The position numbers were made by a program, and so were the translations under genes. Under the pieces are notes generated by a model, which saw only the letters and a program-made list of their open reading frames with translations, did no database searches and had not been told where the DNA came from. DNA of 63,264 nt, counting the filler, from Stramenopiles sp. TOSAG23-2 (lineage: Eukaryota): the NCBI GenBank assembly GCA_900128395.1. It is 28 parts of 28 records of this genome, joined end to end, with 100 filler letters (N's around TTAATTAATTAA, not from the genome) between each part and the next. Parts side by side here need not be neighbours in the genome. Positions count along the whole stretch, not along the records: positions 11,367 to 13,536 come from LT651955.1; positions 13,637 to 15,806 come from LT651956.1; positions 15,907 to 18,076 come from LT651957.1; positions 18,177 to 20,345 come from LT651958.1; positions 20,446 to 22,613 come from LT651959.1; positions 22,714 to 24,881 come from LT651960.1; 22 more parts are not named here. One strand, written 5' to 3'. The stretch's first letter is position 1, and each line of letters starts with the position of its first letter. Of the stretch, positions 12,022 through 23,626 are shown piece by piece.

Positions 12022-13536
12022 TTACACTTCATTTGCAATATTTTTATTTACATCACCATCTGCTCNNNNNNNNNNNNNNNNNNNNNNNNNNNNNNNNNNN
12101 NNNNNNNNNNNNNNNNNNNNNGCTCGAAAAGCTTGTAAATGACGTTTGACACTCAAGCGTTTCTTTTTTACTGATTTTCTTCTACTTTTATTCTTACCAT
12201 CCTTTAAAGATGCGCGCTCCATACTTGGTTTTTGAAATAGTGGGTTGGTCACTTTTTTTTCTAATCCAGATGTATCAATCATTTCAATGTTAATTTCCGC
12301 ACCATCTACTTTTTTGTCCTCTTTATACCCACGGTTACAACATACTTTCTTTCTAACTTCAGGTACAAACCATAGTGCAATTGATATGAGGCAAGCTAAA
12401 ATGCCTGTGATGGCAGCTACAGTCGCTAACGTCTCCCACAGCGAGATTTCTGTTGTTGTTTTAGGTCCTGTTTTGTTCCAAAAAATATAATCGTGGTTGG
12501 AGGCAGCGATTATTAAGCCAAAAAACAAAATAAAAAATAAAGACAATTGACATATATCTTGAAGTATATCGTCAAAGTCGCTTAAATATGGTGCACCAAC
12601 AGCTTGTGCTTGAAGGAATACAAACGATATTAAAACAGCAATAATTATTTGCAACATATTGCCGGGGAAAAAGACGAATATCAATGACGTTAAACAAAAT
12701 CGTCGAAACATATCAAATGCTTCCCACCAATACAATGAGGGTTCATAACCTAGGTAAAGCGTACCATATTGCTCCATTCCATCCTCAGTCGGTAAGACCT
12801 TATCGCGGGTTGAACCCTCGAGAAACAATCTGCCGTTATCATGTTGATGTTTTAAATAAAAAAATATGCTTAATGGTATTCCAACGGGATAAATGATCGT
12901 CATTAATGATGAGTAGGACAGAATGCCAACATATGCATCATCCATGCAACTGACATTCAGATCTTCACGTAGGTATTTTTCTGTAGGGCTAAAATTGATA
13001 CAATTGAACCCTTTTAAAATTGTTCGTGATATAGATGGGTATAGAATTAGTATCAGCAATATAATAGATTTTTTGATAAATCCTTCAGTTCGTTTGATTT
13101 TACGGTCCTGTACCCGAAAGCATTTCGTTATATGGTTTAAATACCCAACTAAAGCACCTGTTGCGACAATGGGCCATATTGTTATAAATACAACTTTCCT
13201 AAAATAATTGCTGCTTGTAGCGCAAGACATGATATGTAAACTAGACACGTCAAAATCAACTATCGATGTTGCACTGGCAATGGCATTAAATGTATCAGAA
13301 TACTGTATCGAACTTATTTGGGAAAATGCTGTTAATATTTGAAAATATGCCAATGATATTTTCAATTTCATGCCCACACTATCACCACGAGTAGTACTTC
13401 GCTGGTTCTTGATATGGGAAAATTGTTTATCAACCTTCTTTTTCCTTTTCTTTTTGCTCGATAGTCTTTCATTAGCTAAGACTTTTTTGGCAAAACTAGC
13501 AATTGCATCACGCTTTACAAAAACGAGTAAAAAGAA
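12022..13536 (-). CDS. C-terminal multi-pass membrane domain of a large protist surface or receptor-like protein (5' truncated, internal N gap)
   Basis: KLKISLAYFQI, YPSISRTILKGFNC, YLREDLNVSC, YPVGIP, LYLGYEPSLYWWEAFDMFRR and PYLSDFDD are the characteristic motifs of this expanded protist family. The frame is open to the contig edge. Confidence 0.75.
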   Translation of the reverse strand, partial: FFLLVFVKRDAIASFAKKVLANERLSSKKKRKKKVDKQFSHIKNQRSTTRGDSVGMKLKISLAYFQILTAFSQISSIQYSDTFNAIASATSIVDFDVSSLHIMSCATSSNYFRKVVFITIWPIVATGALVGYLNHITKCFRVQDRKIKRTEGFIKKSIILLILILYPSISRTILKGFNCINFSPTEKYLREDLNVSCMDDAYVGILSYSSLMTIIYPVGIPLSIFFYLKHQHDNGRLFLEGSTRDKVLPTEDGMEQYGTLYLGYEPSLYWWEAFDMFRRFCLTSLIFVFFPGNMLQIIIAVLISFVFLQAQAVGAPYLSDFDDILQDICQLSLFFILFFGLIIAASNHDYIFWNKTGPKTTTEISLWETLATVAAITGILACLISIALWFVPEVRKKVCCNRGYKEDKKVDGAEINIEMIDTSGLEKKVTNPLFQKPSMERASLKDGKNKSRRKSVKKKRLSVKRHLQAFRXXXXXXXXXXXXXXXXXXXXADGDVNKNIANEV

Positions 13537-14156
13537 NNNNNNNNNNNNNNNNNNNNNNNNNNNNNNNNNNNNNNNNNNNNTTAATTAATTAANNNNNNNN
13601 NNNNNNNNNNNNNNNNNNNNNNNNNNNNNNNNNNNNAAGTCCTTCCCCACGCAGTTCAACATGTGTTGCTTTTTGATTTTTTAAAATTTTTTACACTATA
13701 TTTTTTTACCACATATTTTTACGATTCGTGCATTTTTATACAAACCATTTTTTCCCAATTTTTTACGATTAAACAACGGCGTGTAAAAAGTGTTTTAAAA
13801 ATTTTCGGTGTTGTACTGAGTCGTATTTTCGTAATCATATTTTATTTTTTACAAAAAATAATCATTTAAAATTCTATGACATATCATATGCATATTTATT
13901 TATCATACGAGAAGCGTATGATAATTTTTACACACCACACATCTCAATTATCTATTTATATTTATATACAAATACACATGAAGCGACAAACAAACAGTAG
14001 AAATACCACCAATTAAGAAACAGAAACACACACACATATATATATGCATATCTAATAGATTCAAAGTATTTCTATTCAATAAGAGATACACACATATATA
14101 TAACACCAAAAGGTACTTTTTCTGCGATTAATAATATATTATATATATAATATACC

Positions 14157-15383
14157 ATGGGGTATTGTTCTTATTCCACTGTGAAATTTATTAAAATTGA
14201 TGATAAACGACTAGCCACTTTGCATTATACGTTTCAAATATGTATCTTTCTTTACATTGTTGTTTATCAAATAATTGGCAACTTAGGATATGCAGACTCC
14301 GCAGAGCCTATTGGATCGTTAAGGCTTTCTATCCAACCACCAATGAAATCAGGTGACCCAAATAAAGATCCGAATTATCAATTTGACTTTCCAAAGTTAA
14401 AAGATTTAGATTATTGTGCTCAAAATAAAAATGCAAGTGCTACCACAATCTTACCTTGTAAATATTTTGGAGAGATCGGCAGTGTCTTTCCTGTTACAGG
14501 GACTTCACCTTTTTTTCTATCTACTAGAATTCAAGAAAGTAACCAAACATTAGTATGCCGTAACCCAAGCGATGGGGAAACGTGTAGACAAACATTTGCA
14601 TTTGATTGCAAGCCGGATGGAAAACCATGTCAAGACAAATCAAGAGCAGAGCAAGAAAAGTTTTTTCTAGCTGGAATTGAAGATTTTACATTAATGTTAG
14701 ATCATGCAGCTCAATCTCCAACAGACCCTTCATTGTCTGGTGACGTTTCAAGAATGAAAGGTTATTTAAAAGGTTGCAACAGTGATGATCAACGTATTGA
14801 ACCATCGAAAACACCTGGTGGACAAGATTATTACAGTATATCACAATTACTTTCAACTGTGAAGACGAAAAGTGATAATAATAAAGAAGATGATGTTAAA
14901 TGTGGTACTACATTAGATGAATTATCATCTGTTTATGAAAGTGAAGATAGTATACGATATGAAGGTTCAGTTATTATCATAACGATTGAATATTCAAATT
15001 CAAAACCATGGAGTGGAATATCAAAAATAATTGATTATACGTATAGCGTTACTTTATTACATGGCGCAAAATCAAAAGTAATGGAAGGTATTTACACGAA
15101 ATATCCAGATCAACGTACAATTCAAAATCGCCATGGAATTGTATTTACGGTATTACAACAAGGTTCATTAAAATCATTTTCATTAATAACAATGTTAACA
15201 AAATTAACCACTTCATTAGCATTATTAGCAATGGCTACTACAGTCGTCGATGCATTGATGAGTTATTGTTTAAAACATAAAGAAGTATATTTGAAAATGA
15301 AATATAGTGAGATTCAAGTTGTAGAAAATAACGATGGATCTATTAATTATCGTGCATTAGATCAAGGTGGAGGTTCGTTGTAA
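14157..15383 (+). CDS. P2X purinoreceptor (ATP-gated cation channel), protist type
   Basis: N-terminal YSTVK (YxTxK) motif; TM1; IGSLRLSIQPP; Cys-rich ectodomain; LAGIEDFTLMLDH; IRYEG; NRHGI before TM2; two-TM topology. Confidence 0.88.
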   Translation: MGYCSYSTVKFIKIDDKRLATLHYTFQICIFLYIVVYQIIGNLGYADSAEPIGSLRLSIQPPMKSGDPNKDPNYQFDFPKLKDLDYCAQNKNASATTILPCKYFGEIGSVFPVTGTSPFFLSTRIQESNQTLVCRNPSDGETCRQTFAFDCKPDGKPCQDKSRAEQEKFFLAGIEDFTLMLDHAAQSPTDPSLSGDVSRMKGYLKGCNSDDQRIEPSKTPGGQDYYSISQLLSTVKTKSDNNKEDDVKCGTTLDELSSVYESEDSIRYEGSVIIITIEYSNSKPWSGISKIIDYTYSVTLLHGAKSKVMEGIYTKYPDQRTIQNRHGIVFTVLQQGSLKSFSLITMLTKLTTSLALLAMATTVVDALMSYCLKHKEVYLKMKYSEIQVVENNDGSINYRALDQGGGSL

Positions 15384-15906
15384 AAAAAGCGTAGAGTGAG
15401 TAATATAGTAAGATACGAGCTTAAGCAGAGAGGAAAGTAAATATATCAATAAGATATTAATTTTTTGAATACATGTGCACATATTTGTAAAAAATTAAAA
15501 AAATATTTTTTATAATAGAAGATGATCTCTCCTTTTTGTATACGTACAATATTCATATTTTTCGCTTTTTGCACACACTTTTTTTTACATAATCTGTTTG
15601 TACATGTAGTATAATTTAACTTATATATATAAGTTTGTAACATCATTTTCTTATTTTTCCATTTTTGTTTTATTTTCGATACTATACTGCGCTTCTCACT
15701 CTCTTTCTCTCACAACAACATTTGTAATGTCGTATTATTTCTAAAAGATTAATTCAGTAAATCTAGTTTGTTTTCGTTTTAGCAGCTTTGCCAGATGAAG
15801 CAAAGANNNNNNNNNNNNNNNNNNNNNNNNNNNNNNNNNNNNNNNNNNNNTTAATTAATTAANNNNNNNNNNNNNNNNNNNNNNNNNNNNNNNNNNNNNN
15901 NNNNNN

Positions 15907-17169
15907 AGATGCAAGATTACGTGCAAATGCTGAAATGATTGCAAATGAAGTACAACGTGCATTATTAACATCACAACAAGAAGTGGTGAAAGTATTAAAT
16001 AAAAAAGCATATAAAACAGATGTGGCAAGATCATTACAAGGTAAAGCAAATTTAGATGAAATGTTACAACAATTAGAACGTAAAGTAAATACAAATGAAT
16101 TACGTGATTTATTATTAAATAAAGCAGATTTAAATGCAATGCAACGTGCGTTGGAAGAAAAAGTTGATCGTAAACGTTTTCAAAATTTAGAAAATAATTT
16201 AAGATCATTAAGTAGTAATGTTATCCGTAAACGTAGTGGTGGTAGCAGCAGCAGGTCTAGACATAGAATCGGCCCATTATCATCAACCAGTAAAACCGAT
16301 GATGGTGATTCCATCTTCAATGCTAATGGGAATAATAATGATTATGATGATGATGATGATGATGATAATATTATATCAAATTTAAAAAAAGAAATGATTA
16401 AACGTATTAATAATAAATGTGATGTGAAACATGTGACGATGTTATTAGATCAAAAAGCAAATACTAATGATGTTGAAGATGCATTAAATCAATTAACAAC
16501 TACGATATTAAAAGATACCGTGGAAAAATGTGAACCTATAATACAATTGAAAAATAGTATTATTAATTTAAATAAACATATAAGTATGGAAATGATGGTA
16601 GGACGTTGGATATGGAAATCCGGACGTTTAAATAAAGGTAAATCAATACCATGGAATGTATGTTTTGTTATCTAGAGGGTGGAGGATGTCTCTCTCTCTC
16701 TCTTTCTTATCTTTTCTTTCTTTTTCAATAATATTTAACTAACAATAATAATAATATTAATATATATATATAGGTACAATGTGTAAATACAAATCAAAAT
16801 AATTTTATATGGAATTCAGATCAAGAAACAATACGTACAATAGTACCAGGTTTATATGAAATTAAAGTTGGTATATTTACTGATCGTGATCCACGTATTA
16901 CAATACATTTAAATCATAAAGTGATCTTAAGTAGTGTTTTAAGTTCCCATGCAAATGGTACGGTTAGTAGTGCAAGTACACGTATTGGTAGTAGTGAAAG
17001 TGAACGTCGTTCCATGCGTGGTGTTATACGACATGGTAAACATCCAGCTGGTAATGTAACTGGATGGACAATAGTTGATTTCATTGCATTACCTGCAAGA
17101 TCAAGTATACATTTAACATATAGTGGTGGGAGTGATGCACAAGGTTTTATGAGTTTGAGGAAGTTGTAA
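15907..17169 (+). CDS. Coiled-coil repeat protein with C-terminal C1q/TNF-like beta domain; two exons (to 16657 and 16774-17169), 5' truncated
   Basis: L-x-x-K-A-[DN] repeats. A GTATGT...TATAG intron at 16658-16773 joins GRWIWKSG..IPWN to VQCVNT..PGLYEIKVG in frame with ORF 16921-17169 (ends GFMSLRKL). Confidence 0.7.
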
Positions 17170-17495
17170 AATTAAAAAAAACAAAGAGGAAAAACATCGT
17201 GTGTGTGTGTGTGTGAAGGGTACGCGTACATAGAGGGAAGAGTGAAGTCCCGAGAGAGCCAGGAAGAATTTCGAACAGAATTATTTTTAATTTTTTTTTA
17301 CTTTTTTCATTTAACTTTTTCCATTAGTTTTATTTAATAATTACACACACAGAAAAGAAGATGAGTAAAGACTAAATAGATTCTTCTTCCTCTTCTTCTC
17401 TCTCCCTCTCTCGAGACCTCTTTTCTACATTCAATACCTATATATATATACAAACGCACGCATATACATATCCAACATATATATATATACATATT

Positions 17496-17911
17496 TTATA
17501 TCTCTTCGAAATCAAATGCAAAGTCTTCGTCACCATCGCCACCATCACCTTCACCACCTTGATCACCGTCTAATTTTGCGGTATCTGGTATTTCCCCATA
17601 TGCTTTTAATTGCCTTGCTTCGTCGGCATTGTATTTTAATATTACATCGCATTTACTATCTTGGTAATCACGTAGACCTACTAATATAATGTCGCTAGCA
17701 CCTACCCATACTTTCTTGCGCATTTTACCACGTATATGTGCTAAACGTTTGACACCATCGAAACATAATACTTCACAACGTCCATTTCCTAACATACGCT
17801 CTACACGTGCATATTCTTGTCCATCTTCTTTAAATTCCAATTCTCTTTTTTCTTCGTTATCATTTTTACCACGTCTACGATTTTTACCACCTTTCCCTTT
17901 GTTTTTCGGCA

Positions 17912-17912
<1 letters not shown>
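17496..17912 (-). CDS. eIF1A: Eukaryotic translation initiation factor 1A
   Basis: [51 protein letters not shown], acidic tail. Confidence 0.98.
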
Positions 17913-17955
<43 letters not shown>

Positions 17956-18176
17956 TATATAATAATAATATGTGTATATTTGTTATTAGTATTGATATGT
18001 ATGTATGTATATTTGTCCAAATGGATGCATTGATCTTAGTTATATATATATATATATGTGTGTAAAAGTTTAAAGGNNNNNNNNNNNNNNNNNNNNNNNN
18101 NNNNNNNNNNNNNNNNNNNNTTAATTAATTAANNNNNNNNNNNNNNNNNNNNNNNNNNNNNNNNNNNNNNNNNNNN

Positions 18177-18238
18177 GTTACCAATGTTCCATCTAAATCA
18201 AAAGCAACTGCTTTTGGTCGTGTTACATTACGAAGCAT
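18177..18238 (-). CDS. HAD-superfamily hydrolase, first ~20 codons only (contig edge)
   Basis: Read manually: MLRNVTRPKAVAFDLDGTLV, containing HAD motif I DxDGT. Too short for the ORF track. Confidence 0.7.
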
Positions 18239-19052
18239 ATTCTGTAATTTTTTTTTCGGGTAATATTGATGTTATTGGTATATTTTATTGTAATGATATA
18301 TATATATATATATTAATATATATATTGGCTATATATTAATTTATGTTTTATGATATATCTTGTTATTGTAATTTCTATTTGTCTAACCCTCTACTATTCT
18401 ATCTGCTGGTCTGCACCATCATATTTTCTTATCGAGAGGGGATTAGGATCGAATATTTGAATGGCATATTTTAGGCTGATAGGGATATTTCCCCTTTTCT
18501 ATTATACTTATTAATAATATACAAATCATATCACTTGTACTAAATTTGACTTCAATATATATTTTTGATGAATAAAAATTAACTAAGAATGTACACATGT
18601 GGAAAAGTATAGATATATATTGAACTAGAAACAAAGAGAACAAGAAACATATATATATATATATATACATGTTAAACATGGCGTCATTAACTACTGAGCC
18701 ACCGGCGAAAAGATTAAAACCATCAACGATTGAAGCGTTAGAAGAAGAACGTGCAGAACCTATTGAAATTGGTATATTAGTTTTACCAGCTGGATAGGCG
18801 GGTTTCGGTGATTTGTGACCAAGCCGGATAATGCTATTTATATGCTATATATTAGAACAAAATAATTACTACTGAGAAACGAATCATCATCCTTCTTTAT
18901 CCAATAATTTATGAATAGATGTATATATACACAAATACACATGAGGAGATGGGCAGATGGGACTGTCTGTAGAGAATATAATATCACATGTTATAATATA
19001 TATTAACAAATAATTATCATACAAAACAAAGGATAGATAATTAAAAAAAAAA

Positions 19053-20030
19053 ATGAAACAAAAAACAACACTTACAATCATTACGATTGCTGCAATTGCA
19101 TTGACATGTTTATCATCATCATGTGATGCCAAAATGATGATGCCACCAAAAGGATGCATGGACCAACATCGACAAGCATATGCTACTTGTATCAAAGACC
19201 CAAGAACAAATTATCAAAATTGTCAAGCTGCATTGGAACAAGCAATGAAAATGAAATGTCGCATGAAATGTATGGATAGTGGAAAACAAAACGAAGAATG
19301 CGATATGATTGCAAAGGAAACGTTTAAAAGAATATCTGGTGCAAAGAAAGAATATTACTATCAAAAACAATATCCACATGAAAAAGCAACTGTGCAACAA
19401 AAAGTTTGGAAAATGGCAGCTATTTTAAAAGCTGGAAATCGTACAAAATTATTTTACAAAAATAATGTTATCTTGACTGTTCAAACAAACATAGAAAATT
19501 GCAATGAAAAAGTTGGCAGTGATTTATCGGATAAAACGTTGGAATATGCTAAAGATGTGAACGTGGACATTAGTAAAGCTCCAAAAATGCATTGTTATGC
19601 TGTTGACAATAAGGCTGAATATACAGCTGTTCTTAAATTGACATCATCTACAGATGGTAAAAATATGGAAAAAGAAGAAGTGCTTCATATAAGCGACGAA
19701 TTGGCAATGAAAGCAAAGGCTTTTAAATCAAATGAAGAACGTCGTCGGTTACAAGGTACAGAAGCTGTACAAACATATGCAGATCAAGAAAGTGTTGAAT
19801 GTGTTGAAACTGATACTGAATGTATTTCTGATGATGAAGATGATAATGATGCAACAACTGACCCAACTGCAACAGATTGTGAAAATGGTTCATGTTGTGG
19901 GTCAGGTACTGCGTTACGAAATGGAAAATGCGTTCCAACATATGCCGGTATGAGAGCTGCTTGCGAAGCTGCAAGAGGTGAAAGGTGGGGCTGGACATGC
20001 AGTGGCGATGGTATTCAATGTGGTAATTAA
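19053..20030 (+). CDS. Secreted cysteine-rich hypothetical protein
   Basis: Signal peptide; Cys/Met-rich N-region; EERRRLQG; acidic linker; C-terminal CCGSGT...CVPTY...CEAARGERWGWTC. Confidence 0.75.
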   Translation: MKQKTTLTIITIAAIALTCLSSSCDAKMMMPPKGCMDQHRQAYATCIKDPRTNYQNCQAALEQAMKMKCRMKCMDSGKQNEECDMIAKETFKRISGAKKEYYYQKQYPHEKATVQQKVWKMAAILKAGNRTKLFYKNNVILTVQTNIENCNEKVGSDLSDKTLEYAKDVNVDISKAPKMHCYAVDNKAEYTAVLKLTSSTDGKNMEKEEVLHISDELAMKAKAFKSNEERRRLQGTEAVQTYADQESVECVETDTECISDDEDDNDATTDPTATDCENGSCCGSGTALRNGKCVPTYAGMRAACEAARGERWGWTCSGDGIQCGN

Positions 20031-20763
20031 AGTTTTTTTAAAATTTTATAAAACTCTCCCCCCCTTTTTTTTCTTAAATTAGTACGAGTATTCGTATTCA
20101 ATTTTATATACGCGAGTATTATACGAAGTATATAACAATATTAATACAGGGTACGAACGCGTAATATATTACGAACCCAGAGTATGAATATTCATATTTT
20201 AACAAATATTAAAAGAAGGAAAAAAATACGACATCTTATTTTCATTATGTACATGCATACTGCTTTTAAAATACGAATTATTTAAAATTCTTATTCTCGT
20301 AAAATAACATTGTGTTGTCTTTTACTCTCTACCCCTGTATGCCCANNNNNNNNNNNNNNNNNNNNNNNNNNNNNNNNNNNNNNNNNNNNTTAATTAATTA
20401 ANNNNNNNNNNNNNNNNNNNNNNNNNNNNNNNNNNNNNNNNNNNNATATACATCCATTACCTATAAGTGCAATCTACATTTTCTGATGCTGTGTCGATGC
20501 TAAATTTAACACTATTTACAATGGGGATAAATAATAAAATCACAAAAAAGATATTCGAACGAACAAAATGAATACCTATATATGAAAGAAAGAATGTGTG
20601 ATGTATGAATGATAGAAGTAGTGCAGGTAATTGGTAGATATAATATATACATACATACATTGTCAAACGATATTATATAATTATAGCAAAAAAGGCATAC
20701 GAAGGATAAAATACATACGACACACACACACATATATATATACATATTTTCAAACGATTGAAC

Positions 20764-22281
20764 ATGTCGACGAAGGAAGGATATCAACAAGTATTAACAG
20801 GAGGTAATGGTAATGGTACAGATGGTACTACGGAGGGAGGTGCATTATTATCGGAGGAGGCACGTTTATTGGATCAAGGTCTATCTGGTTTAAAATCATT
20901 TTCAGAAGCTGGTTCTGATGCAGATTTTATCAATGCAGAAGAATTTAGCATCATTGAATATTTTGCTGATTATGACATATTGCAATTGAAAGAAGATATT
21001 GAAAATACACCAAAACGTGTACATCAATATTTTAATGCCATATTAAAAGGTTTAGATACAATAACAGACGAAGTCGTAGTTCGATTTTTATTATTTGTTT
21101 TGTATAATTTAGTGGATGCAATTTCTTCCTCAATGAATGAGAAAAGTGAAAGCGTAGTAAGAAATGGCAATTTAACCAAGTTAATGGCGTTGTTAGATAG
21201 CTCGAAATCTGAGGATGTGGAGATGACTAGTAAAATTTTAGCCCATTTATCAATCATATCAAATGCTATGCCACAAAATACAATAGATGCATTTATGACA
21301 TGGATACAACGTGAAATGATATCAAAAGGTATGAAAATAAATTATGCATTGGAAGCATTGATGATTGTTTTAAGAGATAACAAATCAAGGGATGCATTTC
21401 AACAACGTGGTGGAGTGGCAGTGTTGGCACGCTTATGCGATCCGAAATGTGGCGAAATACAACGTTTGTATGAAGTATGTTTTTGTTTATGGGTATTATC
21501 ATATAATGAAAATGCGGTGGAAGAATTTGGTCCTGCTAAAGTTGTTGAGAAATTGTCAGAAATTGTGGAAGGTAATTTCCGTGAAAAATTAACACGTGTA
21601 GCCGTTGCATTATTAGTAAACATCGTATCGAAGCAAAATGGAGAATATTGCCAAACGATGACAGAATGTAATTTGTTAGATACATTAATGACGTTGGTGG
21701 AGAAACATTGGTCAGATCCAGATGTTGTTTCCGATATGGAACAATTGAAAGAAGCAATACAAAAAAATTACAAGGTCTTATCTTCAATAGAACGATATAA
21801 AAAAGAAGTATTACGTGGTGAGATTAAATGGGGACCTGTCCATTCTGAAAAGTTTTTTAGAGACAATGCGGAAGCCATTGCTGATGATGACTTTAAATTA
21901 GTAAATAAATTAATTGATATATTAAGACAAGCAGTTGCTGAATCGCCAACCATTGCAGCAAATAATGCATCAGATGATAATAATAATAATGAAGAAACGA
22001 AAGTAAAAAGTAGTGATAATAATAATAATAGTAATAGTAACAATATGATTGATGATTTATCAACATTGAGTATGGAATCAATAGCTGTTTCATGTTATGA
22101 TTTAGGTGAATTCATGCGCTTTTACCCTGCTGGCAAACGTATTTTGATTGGTTTAGGTGCAAAAACATTGATCATGGCTTTGATGAGCCATCATGATATT
22201 GGTGTGCAACAACAAGCATTAGCATGTTGTTCAAAATTGATGGTAAGCAATTGGGATCAAATTGTTAATGCAGGAAATTAA
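20764..22281 (+). CDS. ATP6V1H: V-type proton ATPase subunit H
   Basis: YEVCFCLWVLSY, REKLTRV, HWSDPDV, WGPVHSEKFFRDNA, SCYDLGEFMRFYPAGK, QALACCSKLM. ATG at 20764. Confidence 0.95.
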   Translation: MSTKEGYQQVLTGGNGNGTDGTTEGGALLSEEARLLDQGLSGLKSFSEAGSDADFINAEEFSIIEYFADYDILQLKEDIENTPKRVHQYFNAILKGLDTITDEVVVRFLLFVLYNLVDAISSSMNEKSESVVRNGNLTKLMALLDSSKSEDVEMTSKILAHLSIISNAMPQNTIDAFMTWIQREMISKGMKINYALEALMIVLRDNKSRDAFQQRGGVAVLARLCDPKCGEIQRLYEVCFCLWVLSYNENAVEEFGPAKVVEKLSEIVEGNFREKLTRVAVALLVNIVSKQNGEYCQTMTECNLLDTLMTLVEKHWSDPDVVSDMEQLKEAIQKNYKVLSSIERYKKEVLRGEIKWGPVHSEKFFRDNAEAIADDDFKLVNKLIDILRQAVAESPTIAANNASDDNNNNEETKVKSSDNNNNSNSNNMIDDLSTLSMESIAVSCYDLGEFMRFYPAGKRILIGLGAKTLIMALMSHHDIGVQQQALACCSKLMVSNWDQIVNAGN

Positions 22282-22553
22282 AAAAAACATTTGTGATATG
22301 ATGATAAATCAGATATAGTATGATGTATATATATGTGAACTGTGGTAACAATGAAATTATTTAAATGAAAATGCAATATCCGCGTACTTTATACATATAT
22401 ATTAAAATATACTATATATATGAGGAGAGAAGAGAGAGAGGCGAGAATTTTAATATATATTCGTATACTATATATATATATTTCTACCAGTCTATATACC
22501 TTGTAAATGAGAAGGATTATTAGGTGCTTTAGTGATGCATTTCAATATATGTG

Positions 22554-22613
22554 TGGTAGTTAATTTAAGTACTAATGTAGTATACTAATTTATATATATT
22601 TGATAGAGAGATA
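22554..22613. repeat. Second copy of the dispersed fold-back repeat arm, at contig end
   Basis: tggtagttaatttaagtactaatgtagtatactaatttatatatatttgatagagag is the reverse complement of 6927-6983 with 3 mismatches. Confidence 0.75.
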
Positions 22614-22713
22614 NNNNNNNNNNNNNNNNNNNNNNNNNNNNNNNNNNNNNNNNNNNNTTAATTAATTAANNNNNNNNNNNNNNNNNNNNNNNNNNNNNNN
22701 NNNNNNNNNNNNN

Positions 22714-23626
22714 ATTGCAACATTATGCCGCACTTGGACGTGATTATGATGGTGCCGTAGCAGTAAATTTGATACCATCGGATAAACCACAAGATGTTTA
22801 TAGTAGAGTATTAGATATTGTATTACGAACGGTAAAGGAAGATCAAGATAATGAAGAAGATCCAGAGACACAATATTTAGCACAAAAAGTATATGATATT
22901 ATTGATCGTAAAGTTGTAAAGCAAACTGTTATGACCAGTGTGTATGGGGTAACGTTTGTTGGTGCACGTGAGCAAATTGGTAATCGTATTCGTGAAAAAG
23001 TAACGAAAAATAAATTGGATCCAATGTTATATGATTATGATTTTCAATATAAACTTTCGATTTACTTGGCAAGAATAACACTAGATTCGATTGGGGAACT
23101 GTTCTCAAATGCGAAGGGTATTATGACATGGTTAGCCCAAGTTGCCGATGTTGTTGCGGCTGAAAATGAAGCAGTATCATGGATCTCACCACTTGGCTTA
23201 CCAGTTGTTCAACCATATCGACGTAATCAAACGAAAACTATTTCAACAGTTTTGCAATCAATTCAAATAACAGATGCTGAAACATATTTGCCTGTAAATA
23301 AACGTAAACAAAGCTCGGCATTTCCACCTAATTTCGTGCATTCATTGGATTCGACACATATGATCATGACGGCAATTACATGTAGAAGTGCTGGATTAGA
23401 TTTTGCTGCTGTACATGATAGTTATTGGACACATCCAGGTGATGTGGAACAAATGAATGTACATTTACGTGAAAGTTTTATTGATTTATATGATACACGT
23501 GATATATTGGGAGAATTAGAATATTCATTAAAAGTACGATTTCCACATATTGATATACCAGAAATACCAGAACGTGGTACGTTGGATATGAATGAAGTGA
23601 AAAATTCTGATTATTTTTTTAGTTGA
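22714..23626 (+). CDS. POLRMT: T3/T7 phage-type single-subunit RNA polymerase (nuclear-encoded mitochondrial RNAP), C-terminal fragment
   Basis: LQHYAALGRD, RKVVKQTVMTSVYGVT (motif B), SPLGLPVVQPY, FPPNFVHSLD, VHDSYWTH (motif C), terminal YFFS. Confidence 0.93.

Noticed and set aside
22714..23626. T7-like RNA polymerase as evidence of a phage or prophage
   Set aside because: Motifs QHYAALGRD, KQTVMTSVYGVT and terminal YFFS fit the ordinary nuclear-encoded mitochondrial enzyme, and the flanks are eukaryotic.
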